Part shown: positions 40,896 to 54,859 of the stretch, in pieces
Layout of the letters: every line of letters starts with the position of its first letter
How positions within the stretch are numbered: the first letter of the stretch is position 1
From: Lama guanicoe
Taxonomy: Eukaryota
Assembly: GCA_013239625.1 (NCBI GenBank)
Contig: MU056000.1
Location: 12,227,175 to 12,291,174 of the forward strand
Direction: 5' to 3'
DNA: 64,000 nt
Made by a program: the position numbers and the translations under genes
The notes under the pieces: model-generated
What the model saw: the letters and a program-made list of their open reading frames with translations, nothing else
Database searches by the model: none
Told to the model about the DNA's origin: nothing

Positions 40896-43799
40896 CTTTT
40901 GCAAGTTAAAAAACTGGATAAAAGGAAATGCAGATGGCACAGATGATGCAATGGCCAAGCCACAGTGCAGAGTTCCATGTATTCAAATTGTTACCAAAAT
41001 CCCACACTATAGTAAATCCTAAATCTATGTATTTCCTCCTTGGACAAATAAGCCATTAACTTGCATTAGAGAACACTGCTAGAGTCTACATTTTCTTTTA
41101 AAGAAAAGGTAATTTTGTCCAAAGCTGGGTGTGATAAAGGATATACCATTTTTTAAATTAGCTTCTAAAATTCTGCTTTCCTTAAGGAAACAGCTATTCA
41201 ATTTCATCAAACATTTTATGATAATGCATAAGAACACCCTCAAGGGACCTTTTATTCTTCTAAAGCTATATCCTATTTCCTTGTTTCACACACACATACC
41301 AACTCCAGAGATTCCCACTGAAGGATCTGGTGGAGGTTTAAGGGGATTTTAAGAGACTCAAAAGACATAACCTAAGTGATAACGTGGTATTTCCGACCCC
41401 ATCCTCTCATGGTAGGCCCTGGGTAAAGTAACCTAGTTCTCTGTGCCTCAGGGTAAAAGGAATCTACTGGATGTCTCAAAGGTAATAGGTGAGTAAAGAC
41501 GAAGTTACATTCCATGTGAAGAGCCATCTGAACTCCTTGAAAGAGATTTTTTTCCATTTCAGAATCACCCTTTCTTCACGCTGCATACAATCCACAAAAG
41601 AGCGAGGCCTAAGGCAGCCAAGCTAGACGAATTTGTGCTCCCCATTTTCACTCTTAGAGCTGATGGCTTGTGTTTGAATTTCCTATGGTATAATACCGGA
41701 AAATAATGGCTACGGTGAGAAGACAGATGCACAAATTACCCCTCACAACATATGCAAAGAGCCCCTGACCTGCTTACTCTCCAAAATACTGTACAGCAGA
41801 AGCCAGTCCTAATTTCACAACCAAGAGCTCGTTCTAACAGATGTTTTTCCTTCTGATATGTACGATGAAAAACAGGAGATATAAAAATACTTAGAGAAAA
41901 GAGACACTGGTCTTTTCGAAGAGAACCTTAAGTGAACGTGGTTTTAGAACCTAAAATACAGTAAGCTCACCTCCCAGATCTGCCCAAAGGCACGAAGGAA
42001 ATTGTTACAGCTGAAAAAGCTATGTTAACCAGAGAAGCAGCCAAGAATTTCAGTGCTCCTCAAGGTCTGAAGATTGCCAGAACTTACAGTCCACACCTGA
42101 CTTTATATCTTTGAAGCTGAACTTGGCATCTATTTTGGAGAGAATCCCCAAAGGAATGAAAATCTTATGGAAACGCAGTAAAACTAGGATTAACAAGGCA
42201 GTTTTCTGATGACCCCATCCTAACAATGCAAGTTTTGTGTAGAAAGGTGGGGAGTCTGCTTCTAACTTTTATCTTCTTAGGAAACTGTAAGCAGCTCAGA
42301 AATACTGCCTAGGAAAGACTGCTGCTGTACGGCAAACAATACATCTACTAGACGTGTGCAAAAGCCCTTAGGCAGCATGGCCTTGATAAGGCGCTTCATT
42401 CCCACACCAACAGCCTGCCTTAGTCAGAAAGCATGATGCTAAATCAAACATATATATTACATATCTACATATACACGTTCATATGTACACACATATACAT
42501 ACATGATATATTAATCTCCTATATATAAACCATTTTAAACCAAAAAAAAATTATCTTTTACACTTGAGAAGTAACAGCTTACCTACTTGCTGCAGAAACA
42601 CTAGTCACACTCCACACCATAAACTTGGTGGAAAAAACACGACCAAGTGGACATTAGTCACAGAAAACAGGAGTTACCACGAAAGGAAATCCTTATGTGG
42701 AGAAACCCTGTGACGTACACCCTAGGTGGTGGGAGCGGAGCACACGCGGCTCCCAAGGGCTCGGGGCTCACTCTCAGCTCAGATTCTCATTAGGAAAGGA
42801 AGAGGGTGGCGGTCAGGGGACCTGGGTGAGACAGCAGACCACAGGAGGCTGGCTCAGAAACTAGTGGTGAGCATCAGGGGAGTTCAGACTGCATGTCCTC
42901 CGGCTGGGGGAGCTGTCAAGTGGCCCCTCGCCCCAGGGATTAAAGAGGTAAAAAGAGTTCCTCTTCATGGGATTTACCTAAGTTTTTTCCCCCTGTGCCC
43001 AAGGCATGGGGCCAGAAACAGTAAGGAAGAGCCCACGCCCAGTAAAATAACTGGGAGATACTCCTCTTGCTTCTCTACTGGGCCCATTCACTGGGCATTC
43101 CTCCCCAACAGGCAAGACTCAGGACCACAGCAAAGGCAAGGACCCCCAACCCTGCACCCCTAGGCTCCCAGCAGAGTGCATTCTTGGGTCTGTGCAGGGT
43201 GACAAGCCTTTGGCTGGAGGCTGTGCCTTGTCTCCTCCACCCTCTCTGCTCACACCTTCCACCCAGATGACCCCTCCCTGCTACCACCACTACACACCCA
43301 ACTCGAGTCAGGACACTTTCCGTGGCCTTGGAAGTCTGGACATACATCAAAGAAACCCCCTTCCACCTGGGCCTGCCGAGATACTGATGGATGATCAGAA
43401 TATCTTGTCGCACTTTTGTTCAGCGTCCCAAGAAGTCTGGGCTCTAGTGAATGTCACCATCCATTTGCTCACCTGGCTGGTCCACGTGGGGCTGTCACCT
43501 GTTAAGATTGCGACCTTGACAGCCCAGCCATCAAGTCATTGATTTCATGAAGCTTCTATCTCGGGGAAAGAGAGCACGAGTAGGAATCTGCTAGCTGGCA
43601 AGATGATAAGCAAGAGTTCAAATGCACTGGTTCTGACCAAACCGACCTTGAACTACTTGAGACAGAGTTACAAATCAAAAAAGTCTTTGACAACAGCACT
43701 TAAATCCACTACAAGGAATAAACCAGAAGGGCCATGAGAGTCTGAGCTCTCAACAGCCACGAAACAAACAGAGCAACTTATTACACAAATAACTGCGAG

Positions 43800-44575
43800 C
43801 CTCAGAATGATAATGGTTGTCAGCACAGGTATCAGAAGGGTACTCATACACTGGGATAGCAGTCAGCAATAAAATGCAACAAGCACGGATGCCCAAAACA
43901 TGGGTGGGTCTCCAGGGCGTGGATGAAAAATGCCAACCTCACAGGATTTACACCGATTCCATTTCTGTAAGAGTCTCAAATGACAAAATGATAGAGAACA
44001 AATTAGTGGTTACTAGGGCCTGGGGGGAGAGTGGGACTACTTCTTGTGGGGGTAACACAAAAATGGGGGGAGTTCTGTAGTATGATTGTGCTGGTGGTTG
44101 CACGGAACTGTACTGTGATAACATTGCTTAGAACTACAAACATGTGCATACAAGTGAGTGGATGTAAAAACTGGTGAAATCAAGACACAGAAAACAAACT
44201 TCTGGTTACCAAAGGGGAAAGGGGAGGGAAGAGGGATAATTCAGGAGTTCAGGATTAGCAGATACAAACCACTACATACAGAACAGATAAACAATAAGGT
44301 TCTTCTGTATAGCACAGGGAACCATATTCAGTAACTTGTAATAACCTATAATGAAAAACAATATGAAAAATATATATACGTATGACTGAATCACTATGTT
44401 GTTCTCCAGAAATTAACACAACACTACATCAACTACACTTTCCCGGCTGACATCCTGTACTCCTGTTACCTATTGTTATATAAGATGTCACAACCAGGGA
44501 AACTGGGTGACAGGTACGCAGGACCTCCCTGTATTATTCTGGCAATATCCGAGTCTATATTAAAAAAAAAAAAGG
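43800..44575 (+). mobile_element. Old L1M 3' region with a nested younger L1 3' end (~44184-44440)
   Basis: The nested piece gacacagaaaacaaacttctggttaccaaagggg...ctgtatagcacaggga...aaattaacacaac resembles the copies at 8.7, 11, 17 and 59 kb. Confidence 0.75.
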
Positions 44576-45055
44576 CAAAGCATGCCAGAGTAAAACTGTA
44601 CAAAATACATGGGAGAGAGGGCAATAGATATAACTTACCTCAACATGTTCTCAAAACTTTGGAGAAGATATGATCTCCTTTTTTCTTAGTGGAGAACAAC
44701 TATCATTTTGATTACTCAGTAAAATAAATATTTCTCCCATGCTTTATGGTGAGGACTCTGGGAACCAGATTTAAAACACCAGAAGGGAGACCAACAAAAG
44801 CCCTTGGGCAGATGGCACAGCTGGAAGTAAATATTCCAACCAGACACAACTTAGACGATAAATCGAGTCTAAGTGTCCAAGTCTCACGGGGAGAGTTTGG
44901 ATCCTAAATTGAATAAAATTTCCACACTGATAACTGCAGGGTCCCCATCACCCGAGGAGTGAAGAGTCATCAGGAATCAGCACAAATAAGGAGGGTGATG
45001 AAAGTCCCAGCAGGATCCAGATTTAAGCTCTGGCCATCAAAGTGTGAACACGGTG

Positions 45056-45300
45056 TTGCGATTCTCAACTACAGCGATTCTGCATCCATCCCCCTACGTC
45101 CCTCCCCCTGGGGACACCTGCAAGGGCTGGAGATGCTTTTGGCTGTCACAGTTTTGGGGGGTGGAGGGGTGCGAATGCCACTGGCATCTCAAGATCAGAG
45201 GCCAGGGATGCTGCTTCACGCCCTACAATGCACAGGACAGCCCCAAGCGACAACGACCGATCCAGCCGAAATGTCCAGAGTCCTGAGGCTGAGGAGACCT
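45056..45300. mobile_element. MER20
   Basis: Contains ctggagatgcttttggctgtcaca...ctggcatct...gaggccagggatgctgct...cctacaatgcacaggacagcccc. Confidence 0.8.
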
Positions 45301-45517
45301 AGAAAGAGGGCACACTTGCCCACATCCAAAAATCTGAGGCTGGAAAAATTTCCACACTGGAGATTCAACTTGGCCCTTAGCACACATGAATAAAAGAACA
45401 AAATGTGGGCAGAAATAAACAGAAGCAAACTTGTATTAAGTGACCACAGTATGCATCGTAAAAGGTGGAGTGTCATTTTCACCCAGCACTCAACACTTCC
45501 ATTTTAAAGCCTGTGGA

Positions 45518-45678
45518 GGGGGAGGGTATAGCTCAAGTGGTAGAGCACATGCTTAGATGCACGAGGTCCTTGGTTCAATCCCCAGTACCTTCTCTAAAAA
45601 TAAAAAATAAACCTAATTTATACATAAACCTCCTCCCCCAAAAAAATAAAATTAAAAAAAAACTTTTTAAAAAATAAC
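45518..45678 (+). mobile_element. tRNA-Ala-derived SINE (camelid Vic-type)
   Basis: Head ggggagggtatagctcaagtggtagagc...ggttcaatccccagtacc carries A/B boxes, followed by an A-rich tail. Degenerate TSD aaagcctgtgga / aaagtccatgga. Confidence 0.88.
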
Positions 45679-48600
45679 AAAGTCCATGGAAAGACTTCCT
45701 GGAGATAATAAGCCTTAAAGTGTCTCTCACTCACTCATTCACACACACACACATAACACCCCCCTCAACAGTGCTGTATGTCACCTAAATCCCTGCAGCT
45801 AGAACCACCACCACATAACTGCTCTGGCTCAGGGTTAACTCACAAGGATACTTAATTACAATGCAAAGGAATGAGAATTAAAAAAAAAAATCCATACAAA
45901 CAAGTCCCAACACAAAAGGCCAATGGCTCCCCAGCGGGTGTAAAGCCAGGTCCCCTGTGTGTGCTTTGCCCTTAAATGAACAGCAGGTACAGTGCTGGGG
46001 TCTTCTGGGGATTGGATATGAATCCACAGCCCTGCTTATAATTAACTGAGAAGAACGCCTCCCTCCTCCACTCTGGCTCAGAGAAGAACCTAACAGTGGA
46101 CACAGAAACCCAGGATTATGTGCTGACTTCCTCCGTGAAACAATGCATGTCATTAACTCTAATAAGAAGTTACAAAACCCCTGTTTTCATAAATATATCA
46201 TGACAGGGTGTCTCAGCCGTGCCTGAGTGAGGCTGGGCTCACAACCCTCAGAAAACTTTTGCTGCCAAACAGTCTAAGTAAAAATGTGCAAAACCCTTTG
46301 ATCAAACATCTCCACTCCCGGAAAATTTTATCCTCAAGAAATAATCAGACAAGTGTGCAATGACCTGGGTACAAGAATGTACGTCTGCAGCCTTCTGTAA
46401 AAGCAAATATCTAGAAACCATCTAAAGTGAACAAATAAGGTGATTTACATGCCTTTGAATGAGCAGGGCCACTCTTAGACCAGACACCTAGGACTCCTCC
46501 CTTGGGCTACAGGCTCTCCCTGTACATCACAAAGGGAAAAAAAGTAAATAAACAGAAGCTCCTTATATGAAGAGTGAATCATGGTCTTTGACGGCAAATG
46601 ATATTATCAATTTTGAACTTGCAGTAGTGAGCAGCAGTTATTTGATATGAACTATTGTCTACTGTTAACAATATTAGCAAAAGCTTCTAAAATCTCCCAA
46701 ACTAATTTAGCCACTTCACTTTTTAAAAACGTGTTTTTAAAAACTGGAGAAAAATTTCCTCAATCGAATGAAACATGCATCAAAACTGGTAGTTCAAGAA
46801 AATATTAAAAAAGTTAGATGAAGGAAATAAAAAAATTTGCATGACTAGGAAGAAAAACATTCACACACGCATCATCCCTTACCACACCTTTATATATAGA
46901 CTACTTTCTGGCCAAGATGCATTAAAGTTTAGTCTCATCTGAAAACAGATTTTTAATGAATTCACTTCTGTCTTCATTTTCTTTATAGTATACAAAGGAC
47001 TGAAAAGTTTGAGGAACAACTTAAGAAATAGGGAAAATTCACACTATTAAAGACTTATATAATGAAATTAAAATACTTTACTTCCTGCAATATCAATAAC
47101 CTGTATTCCTTTTTTCATCCAAATACTGCTGCATGAATTTGGTTAACAATGCCAATAACTACTGTCCTGCCTTTGCAAAGCAGGCCTTCTTTAAATTGAA
47201 ATTAAAGAACCACAGTGACTCAAAGGATTTCTACTTTGGTGTCACTGTCAATAAAACAAATTACTGTGAAACTTTTGACTGTAACCATATAATTAGTGAT
47301 TCTGCTGAAATATGGGCAAGGAGAGTAGCTTTATGGAAAATTTATTGTGGAGTCTGTGTCTGTTACTCATGCAGACATCACTGGCCCAGCAAAACACACC
47401 CACACAGGTGCAACTGCGCTTGCCTCCATCCATCCCGCATGGTCTGACTTTCAGCAACAAAACCCGCCACTCTTGACATTTTTCAGTTGTATCCCAATGA
47501 AGCTTTATTTCTCAAAGTAGGAGACCAGAAGACACTTACCTACCAGTTTGGAAGCTTGATCTATAACTTAAATATTGAGATACACGATATGGGGCTTCCA
47601 TTTGTAACTCGTTCGTGCCCCTGGTCCTGTCTGCACACATGCGAGTTTCTTGGCATTTAAAGCTTTTCTCAATCAACTCTTAAGTGAAAAACATTCCAGG
47701 TGTCCTTTTACAGAAAGATACAGAGGCAGAGAAACCATATACCACAAAACATTAAGAGTAGGGCTGGGGAAGTTTTTGCCCTTGACTTAAGGTGTTTTCT
47801 AAATTTTCTAAACTGAGTACACTTTGCAGGATTAAGGAGAGAAAAAAATGAATTTAAGAATGACATGAAAGAGTAATATGGTAAATCTATGTTTATCAAA
47901 GCTTTTGTTTTTAAGAACATTCCTAATGCTAAATTTATTCCTAGTAACACAAATGTAAGTATCTACGAAGCTACTAAAACCCCCAAATCAATGGTAGCTG
48001 CACACATAAGCCTGCAGTCTACTAGATAAATTTCTTTTAAATAGAACTTTAACACACAAAGTCAGTATCAGGAGCAGATTCTTCAAAAAGTCCACCTCTC
48101 CCCAACAATGCACATTATGGTCAATGGACACTGCTTACATGTTATTAATTGACCCTCAAAAATGACACAAAAGAATCATAGTATTCTTTGGGGACCCAGT
48201 GTTAGGTAAGAGACCAAGTGAAAAAGCTACATTCTATTCCAACACCCCCAAAACTTACCTCGGCCCTTAAGTCACCCACAGGTAGTACAGATAAACATCC
48301 CTACACCAAAGTACAAAAATTCAACCTTGCCCACCTTTTCTAAGGTAAATCTCTCACTTTTTTTTTTAATTACCACAATTGTAAATGCTGTTATGTGGAG
48401 TCAGTTTTCACCCTGAAGAGCAGATCCTGAAGCTGGAGGAAGGTAAGACCGTTTAAGTGCATACCCGCCAGCTGGTCCTGCCCTGCTCTGGCTCTGTTTC
48501 AAGAGCTGCGTCACAGCTTCGCCACAAGCACTCTGACACTTTCTCCCCCTGTAACTGGCAGAGTCAGATGATATGATGTCATGTGACATGAGAGGCTAGA

Positions 48601-49269
48601 TTTAAATTGGGGACTCAAGTTTCTTATTTGAGGCCTGGCAGGCACATTTTCCAAACAGCTCTCAGCGAGGCAGCAAAATGTTTTATTCAAGGAATGCTCT
48701 TTGAGAAATGCTCCGCTATGCTGTCAATGATCACCCCACCCACAAGCATTAATAAGCTAACAAGTAAAGCGACGGATATGGAGAAACTCTGGGAAGGCAG
48801 CCAGAATCTTTAACCAAAAGAGAAGATTCCATCAGAAAACCTCCAGGAGGAAGACTCCAACAACGGATAGTTAGAACTGGGGAGTCAGATGAGTCTCACC
48901 TTTCATTTTAATGTAAAAAATACTTCTCAAAACTCTAGCTTTCTAAGTGCCTTCCTTATGATCTAAATCTTCGTACCATCCTCATGAGGTTGGGGCCAGC
49001 AGCTTCAGAAGCCACATTTTACAAGGGAACAGAAGGTAACTGTCTCTCCTAAGCAAAATAAAAATGAGTGGCATGCTCAAAAGCTGATAAACATCACCCT
49101 CCTGGGTCTGCCATGTTTCTGGGGCTCTGGCCACTTGTATTCCCAAACCTGCATACAGTTTTCAACTCAAAATTCATCTACTAACTGCCTATGGTATAAA
49201 GCACCTCATCAAAGTATTTAGAAACAATGACGCAAGCATAAGGCAAGTGACACCCACAGGAGAGGAAAG

Positions 49270-49500
49270 CATGGCCGTGAACAGCACAGAGACTCCAGAG
49301 ACAACCTGTCTAGGTTCAAAGCCTGGCCATCCCTTTCTGTGTGACCTGGAGCCAGTTACTTAACCTCTCTGTGCCTCTCCTTCCTCCTTTAGGAAGCCTT
49401 ACTCATAGGGTTGTTATAGGGATTAATTACTGACTGTAAAGTGCTCAGAAACGTGTCTGGCACCTAGTAAGCCCTCAGTACATCTCAGCCATATTTATTA
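49270..49500 (+). mobile_element. MIR
   Basis: Contains ggttcaaagcctggc...tgtgtgacctgg...agttacttaacctctctgtgcctc...tgtaaagtgctcagaa. Confidence 0.8.
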
Positions 49501-52102
49501 CTGTTTTCAAAGAACTGTAAAATGCTGCATAATCAAGGGAGGAAGAAGAATCCCCTCTCGCTATAAAAAAAAATCTGTACTTGAGGGGAAAGTAACACAA
49601 GGATAGAATCCTATCCTCAAGGACCTTTCAGTACAAACAAGGTGATAAAACTTATAAATCAGATATTAACCCTGTTTGCTCATTTGAGAAGTAGGGGGAG
49701 GGGAAAAAATAGAAAGAAAGGTAAATAAAGCCTCTGGCTAACAAATTCCTAACAGGACCAGGACAGAAAGAGGCAGAGCCAAGCTCAGAGGAAAGAGAGG
49801 AAGGAGTGACCATGAACTAGGCCTGTCAGGGATGGTTTCAAAAAGAAGCCAGACAGGCAGGACATCCGATCAGCAGAGGAGGGCACAGACACAAAGGGAC
49901 GGAATGGGACTGGGAACAGAGCCTCAGGAGTAGAATTCATGTCGGGGAGAGCAGGAAAGAGATGCAAGGTCACAAGGCCTTGGAAACTGGACTACGCATG
50001 TGAACCTGATTTTGTAAGCAATACAGGCACGCTTTACAGACTTCTGGAAAATCAGCCAGACATGTACTGGTCAAAAGGAAGAGAATTAATAAACGCAATC
50101 TATCACCAGAAATGATACTGGTAACAGCTCTAACGCCAAGAGCCCCCTGCGCCATTGGGTGCGGGGCTCTCAGTCACCACCAAAGGCCGCTCGTTCCTAA
50201 CTTCTAGGTTACTACAACCTTTTCTTATTACTAACCTACCAGGTACCAAGTCCTTTGTAAATCTTATCTCGAATTCTAATAACCATGCAAGGTCAACACT
50301 ATTATGCTCACTTACAGAGAAAGCAAGCCCCCGAAGGAAGGCCAGATAACCTGGCTGAGAGCCCAAAGGTGGGGAGGGTGCAGCCGGGCTCCCCAAGGCC
50401 ACATCTTTTCTACACTCAAGAATGAGGCGCCCTCACCCTACCCAGGGGCAGTCAGGCCAGGCTTCATGGAAACTTGGCTCGTTGCTCCTGCTTGAGGGCT
50501 CCCTGCAAACCAATGGCCTGAGAGTATTACACAACAATTACTCTGAGTGCAAAAGTTTGAAACCCATTAATAAGAAGGTTCCCCACTTCCTACTGATCCT
50601 CATAGGAGCGCACATTCAAGGCTCGTGTCCTTACTAAAGGTGACCCAATGAAAAGCTGGCAGGGCTGGAAAAGCAAGCGCCCTGCCCTCTCCCTGCACAG
50701 CCCTGGTTAAACAGTGACGGCCCCTCCCAGGCTGGTCTGGGCCTGATCTGGTGAGAGGTGAGCGCCTCGAACAGCAGGCCACGGGCGGACGTGGGGGACC
50801 AGCCCTGCCCTGCCCGCCCTACCCTGCACAGGAGACAGGCTCCCTGCTCCAACAACTGCCCTGCTCGCAGCTGATCCCGGAGCTTTGCTGGCAGGGCCCC
50901 AAAAATGAGCACCTGACTACAGAAATCCTTGCAGGGTGTGCAGAAAGGGCAAGACACCGTCACTCCATGGTGGGAAAAAGGGAGATCAGGGAATGTTCTG
51001 ATTCCATTTTATAGTCGTCAAAGGGCTCATCCTCAGGATGCAGTGAGACAAGGAAGTCCTCTGTGCTTCCTTTTTGCCCTTGAGAAATGACGGGAGGGTG
51101 GAGGGGAGAAGCTGCCAAAAATAAGTCTTCATTTTTTTTAACCAAAACAAGAAATATAAGATGTGAAACAAAACAAAACACTATAAAATGAGGAGAAAAA
51201 CAGGCTCAAGAACTCATTCCAGGTTAAACTCGTGAACTCCAGGTACTAAACTAAGACATCTTCCCAAATTAAGTGGAGATGAGGAAGGTGTTCCCACTTA
51301 ACATCTTGAGAGTCGGGTTTGTTCCAACCCAGAGTGAACAAGGCTGTAAGAAGCAGGTACAGCTGGAATGTTTCCCACCAACAGTCCATCCCTTAAAACA
51401 TTAATATCTGCTTTATGCTTGTATTAATGAGCACCTTACTTGGGAATATTCTTACGTACTTTTTCTGAAAGTCAAAGTGTTCACCTATGTCCCACTAATA
51501 ACCCTCAAAAGATCTTTTGCTTGAACGGCCATTAGGCCACTCCTGTTCCTTAAACAGAAGACAGAAAAGTCAAGTTCATTTGTGTGTTCAGCTGGCACCG
51601 ACCGGCCCCTCCAGTATTCAGGGCACTGTGCTTAGCCCTGAGGACTTGGAAACAGCGGCCCCTTCAAAACGCCAACCACACGTTTGCACAGTAGTCTTGC
51701 TACTTTCCTGGCTGAGCCTTTTCAGTTTTAAAAATTGCTTCTGGTTACAGACGTACCTAAACTTAGGTTCCTCCTGAAGTGAACTTTTTAAAAGCTTACC
51801 TCTAAATGCTGAGAAAACAAATTTCCCAGAAGTGCGCACACAATTTACACAAGAGAAGTCATAAAAAATCCAAGGCGGGCCATGAATAAACAAACTCAGT
51901 TGGGGGGTGTGGGGAACTCGGTGTCTCCTATCTAGGGGGTACGCTCTGCGGTCAGTAGCCCATCAGCTGAGGGGCACAAGCCTCACAAGCTTCGGGCTGG
52001 CGGCAGTAAGACACCGGATGCCACTTAAAGCAGGCAAGAAGCCTGTGACTGCAACACGCACGGGAGTTAATTCCACAGGGCAAATGCTTCGTGAGTCTAG
52101 CT

Positions 52103-52290
52103 CAGTGGTTCTCAGCTGGGAGTGACTTTGCTCCCTGGGGCTCATTGGGCAATGTCTGCAGACATCTTGGTTGTCACGACTCCGGGTGTCACTAGCATCT
52201 ACTGGGTAGAGGCCAGGGGTACCAAGCACAGGACGGTCCCCCCACACCAAAGAATTAACATGTCAATGGTACCCAGTTTGAGAAACCCTG
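52103..52290. mobile_element. MER20 with 8-bp hAT TSD
   Basis: Terminal inverted repeats cagtggttctca and tgagaaaccctg. TSD gtctagct (52095-52102) and ctctagct (52291-52298). Confidence 0.88.
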
Positions 52291-53148
52291 CTCTAGCTCT
52301 AAATAGCAGCTGTTAGTCACAAGGAGCTCCCATTTCCTTATTATTTGGCCATTCACACATAAAGCTAATACATGTAACATCTCATTCAATTTCTTCTTCA
52401 GTTGTTCACACTGCTTGTTGGACAGCCATTTGAAACTAATACATCATTATCCCTAAATCACAAGGGGAAAAGTTACCAAAGAACAGGGCACCACTTAGTG
52501 ATAAATGAGGCTCTACAATTCTGCTGTCCTTGGAAATGTATCACTTCACACTCACCGTTTCTACTCTAACAGGACATTACAAGATGTTCTTCACTGAACA
52601 ATTTAACAAAAGGATGCTCTGTTATGAGACACTGAAGAGTGACAGGGTCTACATTAGGAGTTTGTCTCCAATCAATACAGCAATGCATAGCCTCTGTGGC
52701 TCTGCCTGCTTCCCATTCAAAGCAATTATGCTGAGGGGAGAAACTCTGATTAGAAATTAATACTGACTAGAAATAAAGATCAGAATTAATTTCTGATTAG
52801 AAATTAACACTGTAACATAAATACAGCTCAAGATTAAAAGTATAACTTTAAATACATAACCATTTCCCAAAATACTAAGGTCACCAGCAACAGAGGAAAA
52901 AGGCTGTGGGTTCTATTAACCATCTTTTCAACCTTGAGCAAGCAACTTAATGTCTTTGGTTTAAGAGTCTTCATCTAAGAAAGAAAGGGAATGGAGAATA
53001 TGGACAACTTCAACATTATATTAATCATGGAAATAAAATTCCACAACTAGATCTCCTTACACTTACCTTGGTTCAGTGTAAGGAGAACGGGCTTGGAAGT
53101 CAGACAGGACTGCTGGAGGGAAGGAGGTTGCGGCTGTCTCGCGCTATC

Positions 53149-53180
53149 CTGCAGTTCCCCCCACTTGCGCTAGGGGGCAG
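53149..53180 (+). promoter_or_regulatory. Candidate CTCF site with upstream (ZF9-11) motif
   Basis: CTGCAGTTCC, an 8-nt gap, then core GCGCTAGGGGGCAG. Local CpGs are retained. Confidence 0.6.
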
Positions 53181-54838
53181 AGTTCTCCCAAAGGGGATTT
53201 CACTGGCCCACCCCGGTCCACGGACAGGCTTCATGGGGACTGAGAACCCAACAAACGAAATACAAATTCTACGTCTCATCAAATTTCCTAAGGGACCCAT
53301 AACACAAAATCAAAATAAAGGCCTCCCTACCCTCTCTGCCCATCTAAAAAAAAAAAAAAAGTTAAGAATTAGTGTCCTGCAGGCAGGGCCTGAGGTTTTC
53401 CAACAGATGAAAGCAATTAAACATAGCTCACCGGTCTTTCATCATTGGTTAACCTGCAACTCCTGCAAAAAGTTCTGGTGCCTTCTTACAAACATGAAAC
53501 AAAGGTCTATGGATTAGAAAATGCTACTGTCTCACAATTAGAGGTTTCATTCTTTAAAAAAAAAAGTAAAAATATATTAATGAATGATTAATTCCTGTCC
53601 AATCTACCTCTCAGTTAATGTGGGTATCACACGTGAGACATCACTTTGAAAAAAGTGGATAATACTGTTACACGAGAATATATTCATCACTTTGGTCATT
53701 ATAAACAGCTATCTCTAGTAAGCGGGCATCCAGAAAGTACAATGACTTGAAATAATATACCCAATTAAGTCTGACAAAGCGAGTTAGCCAACACAGAGGC
53801 AAACCCTCACCAGTCTAATTTGCTGGAAGATTCCAAAACTGTCCTGGATTTACAATACATCCCTTGCTTTCAGTGAAAGTCACTTCAGACTCCTCAAGTC
53901 AACTAAGTTTACTTTGAGCCACTTAAAACCTCAAACTTAAATATAATTTGTTAAACAAACACAACCAAGAAAGAAAAGGGAGCCAAGAAACCACAGTAAC
54001 TCTCGACCCCCCAACCCCCCCCAAAAACGGTTCTCAAGTCAAGAGTTTCAAGTAACTCCGGTGTCCCGCCTTCAACGACCCTAAAAGGAAGATCGTTTTA
54101 ATCTTCAAAAATAACCTGTTTGTCCTAAACGATCTTCTTCAAATTCAAATTCAAAATCTGCCAAAGACAGCACAAATATTTGATCTTTTCATCTTCCCTC
54201 TGGAATGATCTCAAATTCTAAACGAGCACTTCTTGGTGAGCACTAGACCTAGACTCCAAAGGTCCGACCGGCAGAGACCACGGTGAATGATTAAACCCTC
54301 GCCTCCCCCTTCTCACACTTCATTAAGCCGTCTCCTCTGGAAGTGTTTGCACCCCTCTCACAGGAAGCCGGCACGTTTTGCAAAGGAAATACCAGACCAG
54401 ACCTTTCTTGGGGAAAGGCACGTCCCCGCTGAACATTTTATTGGGTTTCCTGCACCCAGGCAGCCGGGCATGCAGATCCCCCGTCCGGGCCCCTAGTCCG
54501 CCGCCTCCTCTCGCGCGGAGCGCCGCAGGGACACCCGGTGAGCCAGCCACCCACGCAAAAGGACGCTCATCTTCCCTACATCCCGGAGCCAAGTGCGAGC
54601 ACGGGACAAAATAAAACCTGCCCCGGCTTACTCAGCCGGAGACTCCCCGGGGGTTGGTCTCAGGCGACTCCCAGAAAGTCTCGCCCTCTCGGGCTTAAGA
54701 GTGCGCGGTAGCAAGTGTGCGCGCGGCGCGGTACGCACATCCCTCCCTGCCTGGAGGCCAGGTCCGGACAGGAAGGGAGTCCGCGCCGAGTCGGGCCGGG
54801 CCGCCGGCGCCTGCCCTCCCGGCCGCGAGCGCACTCAC

Positions 54839-54859
54839 CTCGGGGAAGAAGTTGTCCAT
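54839..54859 (-). CDS. MYO10: Myosin X coding exon 1 (MDNFFPE)
   Basis: Minus strand reads aca ATG GAC AAC TTC TTC CCC GAG | GTGAGT, with a strong Kozak context and a canonical donor at 54838-54833. Matches the recalled MYO10 N-terminus MDNFF(T/P)E and lies in a CpG island. Confidence 0.96.

Larger units (their letters stand above)
9636..54838 (-). other. MYO10: MYO10 intron 1 (45,203 bp, GT-AG)
   Basis: Bounded by the exon 1 donor and the exon 2 acceptor. Confidence 0.92.

Noticed and set aside
45518..45592. tRNA-Ala gene
   Set aside because: Acceptor stem is broken, with an A-rich tail and TSD, so it is a SINE. The same applies at 27750 and 63695.
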